Below are positions 1 to 13,899 of a DNA stretch of 64,000 nt, piece by piece. The DNA is from Paramecium tetraurelia. Its lineage: Eukaryota. Position 1 is the stretch's first letter, and every line of letters starts with the position of its first letter. Made by a program: the position numbers and the translations under genes. The DNA is taken from contig CT868011.1 of assembly GCA_000165425.1 (NCBI GenBank), positions 1-64,000 of the forward strand, read 5' to 3'. The notes under the pieces are model-generated. The model was not told where the DNA came from. It was given only the letters and a program-made list of their open reading frames with translations, and ran no database searches.

Positions 1-3000
1 TTAAATTAACTAATTACAGGAAATAGTGGTTAATTTAAACTCAATTAAATGAAAATTGGAAGTTATTATATTCTTATTAAAGTAATTTTTAAATTTAATT
101 ATTAATTTTTTTTTAATATAAACAAATAATTAAAGGAAGGAAGATTTCAATTTATAATTAATAAAGGTAAGTATACATTTGTTAATATCTATAAGTTACA
201 AAAAAGAAAAATAATAGGCTACCATGTCTCTAATTTTTCCACAAAATTGATAATTTAATTATTTTAAACTCACTTTCTAAAGATCCTACTTTTAATACTC
301 TTGCATTTAGTTTTGCCCATGTGACTTATTGAAATAAAATTTCAAATACCTAGTTTCGGTACTATTCTTATAATTTAAAAAAGTAACTAATATTTATTAT
401 TTACTTTTCCATTTAGAGTTTAGATCATGATGGAATTTATCAAAAAATTTTATTGATTTCTTTTTCAAATAACCCAATGATTCATAATCATGAATATTAG
501 CATATTTGTTACAATTAGTAAGATGTTTAATTTAGTGTAAGCAATAAATCTGATTTAAAGTATTTTAGTAACCAATTTTACATGTTTAATTTAAAATTAT
601 TTATGCACTTTAAAATTTCAACGTCCAAAATATAATAATTAAAAAAGAATGTAATTTTAAGTTAAATAGAAAATTCTTCTATTCATAACAGAAAAATCAA
701 ATATACAGAGTATTTGGTTGGAGCAGACAGAAACAAATTAAAATAATAATTCAGAAGGAATATCAACATAATATGAAGCAATCAATTAAAAGTTAGTATA
801 GAATTTCTTGTAACTGTTCAAGTTTAGAATAAATGTGAAGTATTCTAATAAATCATTTTCTTTCAATATCAATATCATATTTATTTACTAGTCTATGCAT
901 ATTACTAAATATTTAATATTGGTAAAATCAAAAGGAAATCACAGCCCCTCATGCCTCAATAAGGATTAAATGAAAAAATTTAATTTCTACTTAATAAATT
1001 AAAAATAATTAATATCTAACTTCTAATTTACGGATTCCATTCGATATATATAAAAGATCTTTAATAATCAATTAATTTAAATTCTAAATTATTACAAGCA
1101 TCTTTAGTTATTAATTATAAATTACCTTATATGATCTTTTCAACATTCTTAGCATACAAAGCAAGAAATTTGCCTTAGTCTTTCCTAAACCTTTTTATTT
1201 TGATCGATCTCTTATTACAAACTCAAATATTTCATTATACTTTGGCATAAAGTGAAATCAGCAGATCCTTTTTCACTCCATTTAATGCTGATAATAGTAT
1301 ATCTATATATATATAACGTTAGATTGGAAATCGTATTATACCATGTCATCAAATCATATTAAGGATTGTGGAACTGCATCTATTTTTGGAGGTCCTTTGG
1401 TGTTTAATTATCAAACAACTATCACAAAGACATTTATTTTACCTCCTCATTATAAGGTATATTTCGAGTTTAAATTTTGGAGGTATATCAAAATGCTATT
1501 TTTTAGATTGGATCCCTGGAATGGTTCATATTACATTTTTTTTTTATTGATGGATAGTAAGCATATAAAAACAATCCTAATCTTTCAACTGGAACTGAAA
1601 TTTGTGGCAGTGGTACTCTTGGAGAAATTGAAGAAATTTCTAACACTATTAATCACAGTGGGAATAGTGCTATAGTTACACTTATTTCTCTACAGAATTC
1701 AGCATCATGGGGAATTTCTGATTTCATCTTATCCATATATCCATGTCCAATAGGATGTGATAATTGTGATTTAAGTGGTAATTGCTAAAATTGGAAAAAA
1801 GTGCTGACATTCTTTAATAAAACAGTTTTAACAGATGGTGAGGGATGGAAAAGTAATTATGATATATGTGATGGGATTTATTCGTGTGGAAGTACTATAA
1901 GAAATATTTCTAGGTTTTCAATATTATGGTAAATTTTAGATGACAACGATACTTTCGGTTGACTTAAATTTAGCTGATCCTCATACAAAGGTAAAGATAT
2001 AGTTTAAATTCCTATGTGCATATGTGACTGGATCTATTATTATGAGGGTAGATGCTAATGGAGTATTACTAGGCGATTCAGAAAAATCTTTTTCTATTAT
2101 TACTACTAATGATATCATTTGCGGTTCTTTGTTATAATTAGATAATATCTTGCTGGATGAAATTATAAGCAGCGATTAATTATTGACCCTATATTTAAAG
2201 TTTTCTGAATCTCCTGATCCAGCAGATAGTACTCACTTTTTTGGTATTAGAGATTTTGAAGTATTTATAGACGCACAGGAATGATTTGCAATGATATCAA
2301 TATTATTGCATTTGATGGTTGTAATGAAGGTTGCAGCAATTGTGTGAAGGGTCTTTGCACTTAATGTTTATCATATTGGATATTGAATACAATTTTAGGA
2401 TAATGTGTGGCCAAATGTGGCGATAAAATAGTAGTCTCTGAAGAATAGTGTGATGATGGAAACTAATAGCCTTACGACGGGTGCTATGAGTGTAAGTTCT
2501 CTTGCCCTTTAAATTGTATGCTTTGTTAATTTGGCGGATGTTTGATTTGCAATTAACCATATGAATTAATTGATAATCAATGTGAATTTACTTGTTATCT
2601 AGATGAAAATGAAAATCTAAGTCTAAGTCTCTATCCAACTTAAAAAGCAGAAGGCCATTATTGCTAAATTTCTAATTTTTTAAGCAATATCTACACCCAA
2701 CATATTATAATTAATACAGATCTTCAACTCATATATGATAGTAATTAATGTAGTATTTTTAATTATGGAATTTTTGCCTATTAATATTAATTGTGTGTAA
2801 TCGAAACACCTCAAAATTGCAGAGTTTCCTTTTTCAGCATATGTTCAATTTGCGATGATAATTTTGAATTATCTAACAATCTCTTATGTGTACCCATCTG
2901 TGGTGATGGGGTAATTTAAGAATATGAATCATGTGATGATACTAATGAATAGTAGTTTGATGGATGCTATTAATGCTAAAGTATGTGTCAATTAGAATGC

Positions 3001-4375
3001 TTATAATGTATTGCATCCTAATGTTATAAATGCATGGACGGATCCAAGTTAATTAACTTTAAATGTGTATCAGAGTGTGGGGATGGTTTAATTGCTTTGC
3101 TATAAAATGAATAATGCGATGATTAAAATAATGAAAGCAATGACGGATGTTTTGAATGCAAATTTGAATGTTCTTAAAATTGCATTCTTTGTAACCTGAA
3201 TTTAGATTGTTTCTAATGTTAGAAGTATTATGAGCCTTAAAATAAAGTTTGTACTCCTATATGTGGAGACGGAATAGTCATAGAAGAATTTGAATAATGT
3301 GATGATGGTAATGATATATAAGATGATGGATGTTATAAATGTTAATTTTCATGCATAGGAAATTGTCAGATATGTGATCAACAAAAATGTTTAGATCCTC
3401 AAATATAATAATGTAAAGATGATGGATATTATTTAATTGATAACCAGTGCCTTTCAATTTGTGGAGATTTAATAATTGCATCTAATGAGCAATGTGAGGA
3501 TGCTAATGAAATCCCTTTTGACGAATGCTATTAATGTGAGTATTCCTGTCCTTTAAATTGTTTTGATTGCAATAAAGGATAATGCTTATATTGTGATGAT
3601 GGTTATCAAATTAGTAATAACTTATGCATAGGTATTTGTGGGGATGGATCTAAGTTAGAAATAGAGGAGTGTGATGATTTTAATCTAATTTCTCAAGATG
3701 GATGTTCTGATAAATGTGAAATTGAAATTAATTGGGCATGTACAGCAATCGATTTTGAAACAAGCTAGTGTCTTTAAAATAAACCCCCCCATTTCAACTT
3801 ATTATTCATAAATCAAACTTATGACTCATAATTTATTTAACTGCAAATTACAAGCAAGGTCAAATTACACGATTCCTATCAAAATTTGACAAAAAGTTTG
3901 AAAGCATTTCTTGTTGATGTAAATCCCTTAGATTATATAATTTATTAAGAAGCAGTAGTTGAACCAAATGCTATTGTTTTATAAGATATTTATTACTTGT
4001 TTTAAATTTAATTATTAAAATAAGTAACCAAATGAGATAAACTTTTAGGTAGAGTTTGACACTTTCTTAGTTGATAATTATGGATTTTAAGTAGAAAATT
4101 AAGTATATACTCATCGGGCTTGGTAGCTTTATTATTTTGTTATCCGGTAATCCTGCTGAATGCTCTGATGTTTTAGATGAAATGTAGTATTAATCTAATC
4201 TAAAATGAATAAATTCAAATTTTCCAGAAAATGTCATGATTTATTTTGAATCTTATGAGGTGGTCACAATTATGAAAATTTTAGAAAAAATTAAGTTCCT
4301 TGTTTTATTTGAATTTTATATAGGATAAGAATTAATGCCAGAATTTGGAAAGTATATATTTAAAAATCTGAATTA

Positions 4376-4660
4376 NNNNNNNNNNNNNNNNNNNNNNNNN
4401 NNNNNNNNNNNNNNNNNNNNNNNNNNNNNNNNNNNNNNNNNNNNNNNNNNNNNNNNNNNNNNNNNNNNNNNNNNNNNNNNNNNNNNNNNNNNNNNNNNNN
4501 NNNNNNNNNNNNNNNNNNNNNNNNNNNNNNNNNNNNNNNNNNNNNNNNNNNNNNNNNNNNNNNNNNNNNNNNNNNNNNNNNNNNNNNNNNNNNNNNNNNN
4601 NNNNNNNNNNNNNNNNNNNNNNNNNNNNNNNNNNNNNNNNNNNNNNNNNNNNNNNNNNNN
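4376..4660. other. Assembly gap (N run)
   Basis: Continuous n characters. Confidence 0.99.
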
Positions 4661-4665
4661 AACTT

Positions 4666-4683
4666 AAACCCAAACCCAACCCC
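4666..4683 (+). repeat. Short telomere-like tract (C3A3/C4A2-like)
   Basis: AAACCCAAACCCAACCCC lies 5 nt after the gap and resembles the Paramecium CCCAAA/CCCCAA telomeric repeats. Confidence 0.45.
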
Positions 4684-5559
4684 TATTATAAAAGCTTGTT
4701 TTTTTTTTACATAAACTTAATCAATTAAGCTTTGGGATAATTTCAATGATATCATTTAAGGGGCTAGTATATGTCCTGTAGGCAAATAGTTGGGATCTAC
4801 TTTTTAAGACTATTTTGTATCTTTTTTCTGAAAAAGAACATAATCTTAGAAATAAATTATAGGACGTGCTTGCATACACTTTTTTAATTAGTAGTTTAGT
4901 ATTAATATCCTCTATTTTTTAATTCAAAGATTCAAAATTGAAATTATAGAAAACGAAAAATCTAAGACATGAAGGCTTGATTGTTGCAAAAAAGTTAATG
5001 TTTATTTTAGTTTTAATTGGATCATAAAAAAGCTAATTAACATAATCAATTTTATTATCATTGATCAATTCTATTTACATAATAAATATTATTGTAGGTA
5101 AAATGGTGAAAGAAAAGGTTGATTTAATTACGATTCTCATCTTTGAAATACCCATTATCATGTTTACTCTGCTTAATATCTGTCATGAAGAAACCTATGC
5201 ACATTATTTGAGTTTAGAATCTCAAGTTTTTATTGGATTTGGATAAATTGGACTTCTATCATTGGGGATAATGGCACCATTAATAAAATATGGATATTAA
5301 ATCAAACTTAAATTAACATAATTAATCGAAAGATGGAGGAAATAAAAAGTAAATTCAAAAGAATTAACTGCTTCTTCTCTTTTTATTTGAAGTGAATTGC
5401 TTGAGTGATCAAATTAAATTTATATCATGATTTTTCGTTTTATTTACATAATATTAATCTAATTAACTGTTCTTAAATTATATATTGGTTTGGTTCGAAT
5501 ATGAATTTCATTTAAAATATTTTTATGTTTAAATTAGTGCTCCCCCTAAAAGTTTTTAG

Positions 5560-7560
5560 ATTTTTTCGTGACTTTTTGCTATTCTGCACCCAAATCCTTA
5601 TGTTTGCACTCTGTATTTAAATAAATGTGGTATTGTGAACAATTTTTATACCAAGTGCCTCCTGCATTTGTCGAATCTGCTAAATCTGCTGATCTTCTTG
5701 ATATTAAGTATTTATAATAAAAGCACTACCCCATTAAGTTTCTGGGGTATCCTAAGTTTGTATCACTTTAACCAGTAATTCTAATCATTGTTTATTTCTG
5801 AAAACTAGTAATTATTATTGAATTATCCATTTAAAATTAATTGGTTTTATAAAAACAGGATTTCAAGAGTCTCATATATTTCCATCAGTTGGGCATGTAA
5901 AGTAAAGTTAGGATTACTGTAATCCTTGCATGATACATTAAACCAATACTTAAATAGTTGTTATATTATAAAAAAACAGTATTATCAAGAAGGTATGATT
6001 AATTGGTGTACATTAAGAATAGCAATTACTTGTTGAGTAAGCAATCTCTAAAATTCCTAAACAACCTTTATCCTAAGAAGCATCTAGAGAGAAGCCGTTC
6101 CTAAGAAAGATACAGCTAGACAATTTTCAAATCAAGATGCAGTAATATACTAAATTGACTAAGCGAACTAACATTATAATAACAGCCAACACACATAACA
6201 AACAAGCCAAAGAAAATTATTATATAATAAAATACCGTTCAAACACTCATCATAATTCAGTCACTAAGGATGAATAAAGCATTTCTTGCGTTGTAGTAAG
6301 ATGCAGCCTCTATCAGAATAATAAATGCAATATCTATAGGTATATCCTGCGTCAACTCCACATGTTGCAATAAATTAGGGTTTTCAAGACATATATCCTC
6401 TCACAAGTTTTAGCAACTATTAACAACCAATTTGATTGCAGAGTAAAAGGTATAAATTGTTATTTTTTAACCGTAAGATAGGCAAAGTCTTTCACACTCA
6501 CACCAATATAACATAACTCATTTACATAAGCTTTGTATTACATATCATTTATAGGGATTTGAACAAGAATAGCAGAGGTAAAGAGGAACAGTCTAAGGAT
6601 ATGGACATAATATCTCGAAATAATGCACGACTATTAGAATGGCATATTAAGTGAACGTTTCTGAGATAATGCATTCTGATAAGGCGCTCTTAAATTTCTA
6701 CAGGATGGGTTAATTACATTATGACAACATCTTTTGTACCATCAGCTAATATCCTTTGTTTTTTTTAATTTCCTTAGGAATTATTTTTATATTTTTTAAA
6801 ATAGTTGAAGGAGAAGGATAATTACTAAATAGATATATTTAATAATAGTTGTGTTTTTTTGAACACAATTTGTCCAACTTCTATATCCAGATTCACACTA
6901 TTATCTGAAAATGAATTTAGGCTGTAGTTTTTGAAAAAATAAGACATGGAGTATGCCACAGTGATTTAAAGATGTCAATTGGAACATACTTTTACATTCA
7001 AGCAATAGGTAGTTACAGGAAGTATATTAACAAGACTTAATTTATGCACATGTTACAACAGTTTCAGTGAGAAATATCCATGATGTATATATAAGAATCA
7101 TTTGAATTATTCTTACATATAACGACAGGTTTTTAGCCTGAGTATTATTTATCCAAATAGTAAGATGCATGGATAAAGAGATGATGCCAAGAGGGTTAGG
7201 GTTAAGCTCATTATTACATGTAAGAAGAGAAGATATGGTCAAATGAAATGCTGCATGGTTCCTTGATATAAAAATAATAAAGTTATATCACTTAGTAGCC
7301 AAGTTTTCAGACGACACCTGATGTGATGCTATAGATTAGACAATTTATTATAGAGTAAGCCCGTACCTGTTCCTTATTCAGACTTTATATCCAGTGCAAA
7401 GTACAATTTAATACATTGGGAAAATACTGACGACTAAAAGAACACTCCATCAGCAAATTAATTGCAGGTTCCATTATTTTTATATGTTACATTTTAGAAT
7501 TGGCTTTGTAACCTAAAATTTTCGATCTTATTAAAGTAAATTATTGTTTGCAACCTCTGC
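5560..7560 (-). pseudogene. Heavily degenerate Cys/Thr-rich surface-antigen-like relic
   Basis: Minus-strand fragments such as STNAGGTW, TCPTDG and TVVTCA with no sustained reading frame. Boundaries approximate. Confidence 0.35.
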
Positions 7561-7699
7561 TTCCATCAGCTCAATAGCACAAGATGTGTTAGAACTTTTT
7601 AATTAATGAAAAGAAAGGTTAACAATGTTAATTTAGCTTTTCAAGTTCTATGTATTTAAAACAACGCTTGAGCGATTTGTGATCTTCATCCACTGATTG

Positions 7700-9180
7700 A
7701 GTAAATATCTACTATAATTGATAAGGAATAGATGTTAAATCATGGAATGAATATCATCAAGAAAATCACAGATGTTCTCATAAAATTTAGGGATCCTGAA
7801 TTTAATGAATTGAATTACTCGATAGATGAACATGTAAAAAATTAAATATGATCTGATCACAAAAATATCCTAAGGAAAAGAGGATCATAGAATGACTAAA
7901 TTACTAGTTTATCTTACTGCCTTGGATGAAATATACATATTTAGTGGATCAAATTCTCTACATTTGTTGGTTGAAATAAAGGTCTTTTAAAAATATTAGA
8001 ATTAAAAATACTTCACTATTAGGAGCAAATTTTTGAAATGTGACTTAAGTGGATCTGAATTTGAAAACATCTTATTGGAGGAATGAAAAATTAAAGCAAA
8101 TTTATTTAATTGTAATGAAGGAATCTCATAATAAATGAGTTGAATAAGTTAAATTGTCATAGTGGTTGAGATGGTAACTCATTAGCTTCTTGTAGTTATG
8201 ATAATCAATTCCTTTTTGTGATTTGAAAGCAGGGAAAATACATTCTGTAATTAAAGCAGAGAAAAATGTAAAATTAGTGTGCTTCTCACCCAATGGTGTA
8301 ACATTAGCTTCTTGAGACGGCTAAGATATATACTAAAATGGAATCTTAAAACAAGAAAATAAATCTCAAAATTTTATGGTCTTTTTTGTTGTTTGTTCAT
8401 TTTGTTTCTCTCCTGATGGTGCTACATTAGCATCTGGTAGTTCAGATAGTTCTATTCGTTTATGGACGTTAAGACAGAATAATCTAAAGCTGGATTCGAT
8501 AATAATTTGGATCAAGATAATCCTAATTATTTCACACCTTATGGTACTACATTAGCAACTTATGGCAAGGTTATCTGTTTGTGGGATGTTAAGACAGGTA
8601 AAATAAAAAGCCACATTAGATGTCATTTGAGTTATGTTTGTTCAATTTGTTTCTCACCCAACGGTGCTACATTAGCATCTTGTAGTGAAGATAACACTAT
8701 CCTTTATGGGATGGTACTTAGCTAGCATCTTGTAGTAATGATAACTCTATCCGTAAATAGAATGTTAAGACAGAATAATAAAAGCCAAATTAGATGTCCA
8801 TTCAAATGATGGCATGCTTAGTCTGTTTCTCTCCTGATGGTACTACATTAGCATCTTGTACTTAAGATAATTCGATCCGTTTATGGAATTTTAAGACAGT
8901 ATAATAAATCTTATCAGAAAATAATTGCTATAATGATATTCTAGTATAATTTTCACCTGAAATTTATAACAACACCCTTATCTTAGAAAGTGGGATTTAT
9001 TTTTCATTATTATTTAGCTACCTCTAATATTACAATTCTTAGAAATTTCATAAAATCCCTTTTTCCAAGCCAAAGATGATCTAATCCTTAAAAGGGAATT
9101 AATAGACTATTCAGGCATAAATCTAAGATTTTCGATCAAATCTAAAGGAAGTTACATTTATAAGATATATTGTATTCTAA
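7700..9180 (+). pseudogene. Pentapeptide-repeat + WD40-repeat protein (expanded Paramecium family), disrupted
   Basis: Recognisable segments LVYLTALDE..SGSNSLHLLVE, NIRIKNTSLLGANF..CDLSGSEF, several FSP(D/N)GxTLASxSxDxSIRLW WD40 units, and a C-terminal SNITILR..QNPxFQAK..LKxE..KSKGSYI motif. Many frameshifts and TGA stops. Confidence 0.8.
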
Positions 9181-9749
9181 AAAAAATGATTTTTCCAAAA
9201 TAAAACATTCCAAATCTACAATTTTAATTAAGTTTTACTATTTTGTGTTGATTAAAAAATTTATGGATTTGAAGGTGTAAAATTTAAAATATTATTCATA
9301 CAACAATGGAGAATACATATAAATTTTTCAAAAAGATTTTAAAACTTAATCTCCTTCTGTGTACAATAAAAAGTTGATAGTTGTAGTTGGACACTCAATA
9401 TCAAATCAATTTAATTCAATTATTTCATTCGTAAAAGACATTAAATACCCTAATTAAAACAGATCTATAAGCTTTACCATAGCGATTAATAAAAAGATCA
9501 GAACTATTGTCTACAAATGGGTAATATTTTTATTAATAAAATATATAAAATGTGTTCATATTTTGAAAAAAAAATATTAGACCTTATTTTAACCTTTTCA
9601 AATTAGATTGTATATCTCCTATTTTATCACAATAATGTATTAATAATAGTATTTTATTTCTTTTTTTGACACTTAATAAATCTAAGTCTTTGTTTTGACC
9701 TGATAAAAATAATTTTTTCCGAATAAAACATTAAATAACAGTTTTCAGG

Positions 9750-11330
9750 TAGGAGGTATCATAAGGTCGTATCAACCAAACCAAGGACTTTGGACATCTA
9801 AAGACTCGTTACATAATGAACCTGCGACAGCGATTCCAATGGTTTATATACTCTATAAGCATTATCATATAGGAAGAATTCAGCCAGCCGAATCAAAGTC
9901 AATAAATGTTAGGTGTAACAAATTGCAGAGTATTTTGAGTTGCTCTAAATGAATCAGCTGTAATGCCATAAATTGTAAAAAACTAACTATTGACTGTTTG
10001 TTTGCTCAATCATTTGAACTAGTAGTACATGTGATTAACCTGCATTTAAATTTTCCGAATATTATTCTGATTCTACTGTATTAGGTCGAACATTTACGTG
10101 TACTATGAAAAGAGAAACAAGCTTTGGATTAAAAAAATGTATGCCAATAAATTTGAACATAAGTAAATCTTTACAGTATACCCAACAGCATCTAAGTTAT
10201 ATCAATTCTAATATAATTATCAAAGAAGAAGTTAATAGGCCGAATTTTATTGCGTGTGGATTGTCCACTTTTTAGGACATTTTTTGACTAAGTACCGTGC
10301 GTCACAACTTTTGCATATTTTCTAAAATGTGAATTATAAATTTATGTTGCACAAGCATCACGCTCGTTTTTCTGAACAATTAATATCAACTTGATTTGAA
10401 TATAATAACATAAATTGTCACCATTATAAAAGAAGTCAAAACTTCAATCAGTAAATCAAGCTGCTTTATTAATAAATTTACAGAATGTATCACAGTTTGA
10501 TGCTCCTCCAGTTTAGTCATCAGCACATAATCTACAAATGGCAGAGCTTTCTGTAGTGCTTACAAAAAGAATTCAATTTATTACAGGTGCTTTGAAAGTG
10601 GATGTAATACAATCCTCTATAGTTCTAGGTCAAACATTACAATAAAATTTCTAGGCCATAATTTTATTATTATCACTGTTTAATTACTACAGTGTTAAGG
10701 TTCATGTAATGCATAAAACAAACTGATCAAATTAAAGGAGTTATATACAAACCTTTAGTTATTTTGTTTATTAGCTCTAATTCCTAGATTTTGACAATTA
10801 ATAGATCAATTTTCAATAAGTGCAAGTAATTTAATCTCAAGCACGATTTTGCGTCAATAATTTAATGGTAACCACTATACTATTAACGACCTCATTAAGT
10901 TTTCAGAAAAAAATTTATGCAATGCCGATGCAGCTCAAGTTTGCATCACCAAATAGTATCTGCTACAGCCTAAGAAAGTTAATACAAAAAATTGCTTATA
11001 TTGAAGATTTCTCATCCTTTCTATTTGCTTTTTGAGCTCACTATGATTGAGGTTATACGAATTAATTAAATGAGACTGTTTTGTACATACAGGTCGGAGT
11101 CATTAATAATGGCCTCCAAACAATATATTATTCTTTGAGAAATGTGGTACAGCTGCCTCAATATTTGCAAACTTCATTCTCAAAGACTTGCACATTTGAT
11201 GTAACGATGATGATACTAAATACTATTTTGAGAACTTAAAAAGTATATTTCCAAACATTCTATATAAGTTCCAGTAGTTCTAATACTAAGGAATAACCAC
11301 TGCTGACACATATTATATAGCAATATGAAA
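9750..11330 (-). pseudogene. Degenerate surface-antigen-like Cys-rich relic
   Basis: Minus-strand fragments ICRLCADDQTGGASNCDTFCK, GSCTTFLKE..TPTCMYKT and QVFENEVCK. No intact frame; boundaries approximate. Confidence 0.4.
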
Positions 11331-11899
11331 AAAGTATATTAAATAGAATAGAAAAAATTTAAGACAATTTAATAAAATTCTTAAGAGATATCATGTTTTA
11401 ATTTAAACATCTTGTGAAAAAAAATGTCTAAGATAAAAAATTTTTAGAAATAGCCTTATATTAAGGATATGGGCTTTAATTGCAAGAAGGACAAAACTAT
11501 GCATGGGAGATACAATTCAAATGCAATCAGCAGGTGTGGTTTCACATAGATTAAATCCTTTAAAACAGGCTTTTAATTATAGTTTAACAGGTCATCTTTG
11601 AAATTCGGTAGCATAACCCAGATAAAGCAATATCAATCCAAGTGACGGAAAAGCTGCATACAACACATGGCTTGCTATTATCTAAAAAGTATTCATCAAA
11701 GTATACATTACATACAGGTAAATTGATTTAAAATTGAATACTATTTTTGGAAAAACAAACTAGCTGATTGAGTAAATGCCTTTAAAAAATCAAACAAGTT
11801 AGAATAAGATGCTATACAAATAACATTGATTATGGCTATTATGTAATGTTTCAATCATAGTATAGGACAGCAAATAACAACACTTAACATTTCATCTAG

Positions 11900-12760
11900 C
11901 AAACATGAAGGAAATTAAAATGAAGAAACTTTAACAAGCTAACTCATGAATTACAAGTTATTAGTAAATACACTTAAAGCCTTTATAAAAGTAGCCTTCA
12001 CTTTATTTAGTGCAACTTGAAACAGAACAGTACCAATTAGGAGATACTGAGCATTGAGATTAGAATGCTAGAGCTTTTAGTAGTTGAAGCATGATTATAA
12101 AAACTTTATGGGATCAGTGTTATAATTTTTTCAAGGATCACTACACTAAGGACATGTGATCGTTTGGTAGTAAAGTTGTTCCAAGACTTACATGAAGTCA
12201 AACATGATGAATAAAAATGACAGAATTACTATATTGTAGAACTAATGCCAGTATAGAACACTTTGTACATGATTCAAAGTGTTGAGTCGAGACTTCATCG
12301 TGATCAAAATAGAAGAGTAAAATCTACTAGCTGGATTCTAGATATTTTACAAATGGCATTACAATGTTGTAATTTGGATATTAATGACATATAGCTGCAA
12401 CTTGTAGGTCTAAAGTCAATGTTCTGGCAACCATATTCAATGCTCGTAATCTCATTATAAATACTATGTTGCCAATAGTGGTAGAATGCTAAATGTACTA
12501 GCAACTATCTTGTGTGTACTAATGACTCATGTAAAATATGTCTACCTGGATATTGCCTTTATGCTATAACTTTGCAATCTAACGATTATGATGGGTTATT
12601 AGTTCATGCTAACAATGAATGCTGCACATTTCAGCTCCTAGCTGTGTATGTGTGAAGCAGGCAAAATGATACATCCATTCTAAAAGGCTATTATGAATAA
12701 CACATTAATGATTATTCTACTTGCACTTTTCTAATATGTTCTACTTTTCCTTTTAGAACT
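11900..12760 (+). pseudogene. Degenerate furin-like Cys-rich repeat gene, related to the giant gene at 53.8-64 kb
   Basis: AKCTSNYLVCTNDSCKICLPGY at about 12490-12555. Positions 12493-12554 match the reverse complement of 63479-63540 at 52/62 nt by hand alignment. Boundaries approximate. Confidence 0.6.
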
Positions 12761-12999
12761 TGAACCATCGTAAACATGAACAGCATAATTTAAAAACTCA
12801 GCCATTCTTCCTCTATACTCTTTCGATGAAACTAGTATAGATTTACACAGGGTAGCAAGATCACCTATGAATTTAATTATGCCTTTTGAATCAAATAATT
12901 AAAATTTTATTATTATTAAATCAATAATTCAGTTCATCATTTTTAATTTAATAGAATTCTATATGAATCATGAAGTAAAAAATAATTTAGCTCTTTCAT

Positions 13000-13600
13000 T
13001 CACTCGCTTTATCTTATTTTTTTAGGATTTGCTCTTATAATAATAACAGCATACTATTCTGCATATTAGTCTTATATACATTTTTCTACTGAGTCTGTAA
13101 AATAAACTCCTTCTCCAACTTTAACTGTCCTACCATATTCATCTAAGCACTTATAATCTCTAAATTTCTGAAAATTTCCGGGTTGTAAATTACTTTTTAA
13201 CTATTGAACTGGCGGCATATAAATGCGTGCCATGAAATAAAATTCTCCATTCATCAGCCCTGCCATCCTTTTTTAACGAATCTTAATTAGATCCATACTT
13301 GTCTAACCCAAATCCAAAGCAACCTTTTGGATGATGATGCTTTTGCATTGCTAGAAATGCCAAAAAATATATAAAATGCCATTTCTAACAAAGATAAATT
13401 AAATGATATAGTTAAAAAACTTAAATTATTACAATAGAATTTTATCTAAGAATTATGAGCTCTTAAAATTGGAAATTGGTTTTGGAAGGACAAATTTTTT
13501 AATCTGTTTCACTAACTCAAACTCAGATTGATATATCATATAACTTGAAATCAAACATACATATTTGCTATTTAAATATTATGCTCATTACACTGTGTAT
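13000..13600 (-). pseudogene. ADP-ribosyltransferase (PARP-like catalytic fold, NEURL4-ART-like) fragment
   Basis: HPKGCFGFGLDKYGSNQDSLKKDGRADEWRILFHGTH...[frameshift]...GRTVKVGEGVYFTDSVEKC, which contains the HGT and GxGVYF ART motifs. Confidence 0.65.
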
Positions 13601-13899
13601 TGTATTGTATGATAGATGAAAAGCTTACTAAATAGAATATATATAAGGATATGTTTTTCCTTTATTGTAAAGGCCAACTGAAGACAAGCAAGCACGTTCG
13701 ATAATAATATAGATTTTATTCTTTCAATACACGAATAATATACATCTTAATTGATTTTTCCACTTATATATTCATGATGTAATCATTTTGCATAATCCTA
13801 TTTTTCCTAAATATATTTTGAACCTTGTAATTATTACACCTCTCCCTTTCTACAGTTTTCTATTCCACAATTAAAAAGGTAAGACATTAAGAGTAACTA

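Larger units (their letters stand above)
1131..5408 (+). pseudogene. DUF4215 (Myxococcus-type Cys-rich CGDG repeat) membrane protein, disrupted
   Basis: Ciliate-code translation gives an N-terminal IFGGP...LPPHYK module, repeated CGD(G/K)xxxxxEQCDDGN...DGCYxC units (about 2400-3730) and a hydrophobic multi-TM C-terminus (about 4100-5300). There is a frameshift in a T10 run (1536-1545), and further frameshifts and in-frame TGA at about 4030-4210. Interrupted by the N-gap. End approximate. Confidence 0.75.

Noticed and set aside
4332..4679. ORF-track proteins spanning X residues
   Set aside because: Artefacts of the N-gap.
7193..7204. GGGTTAGGGTTA, TTAGGG-like telomeric motif
   Set aside because: Only two units, not the Paramecium repeat type, and inside a degenerate coding relic; likely chance.
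8200..8900. Recurring ACATTAGCATCT/TTCTC.CC.ATGGT nucleotide repeats as a possible CRISPR-like array
   Set aside because: They are codons of WD40 repeats (FSPDGxTLAS) in a eukaryotic pseudogene.
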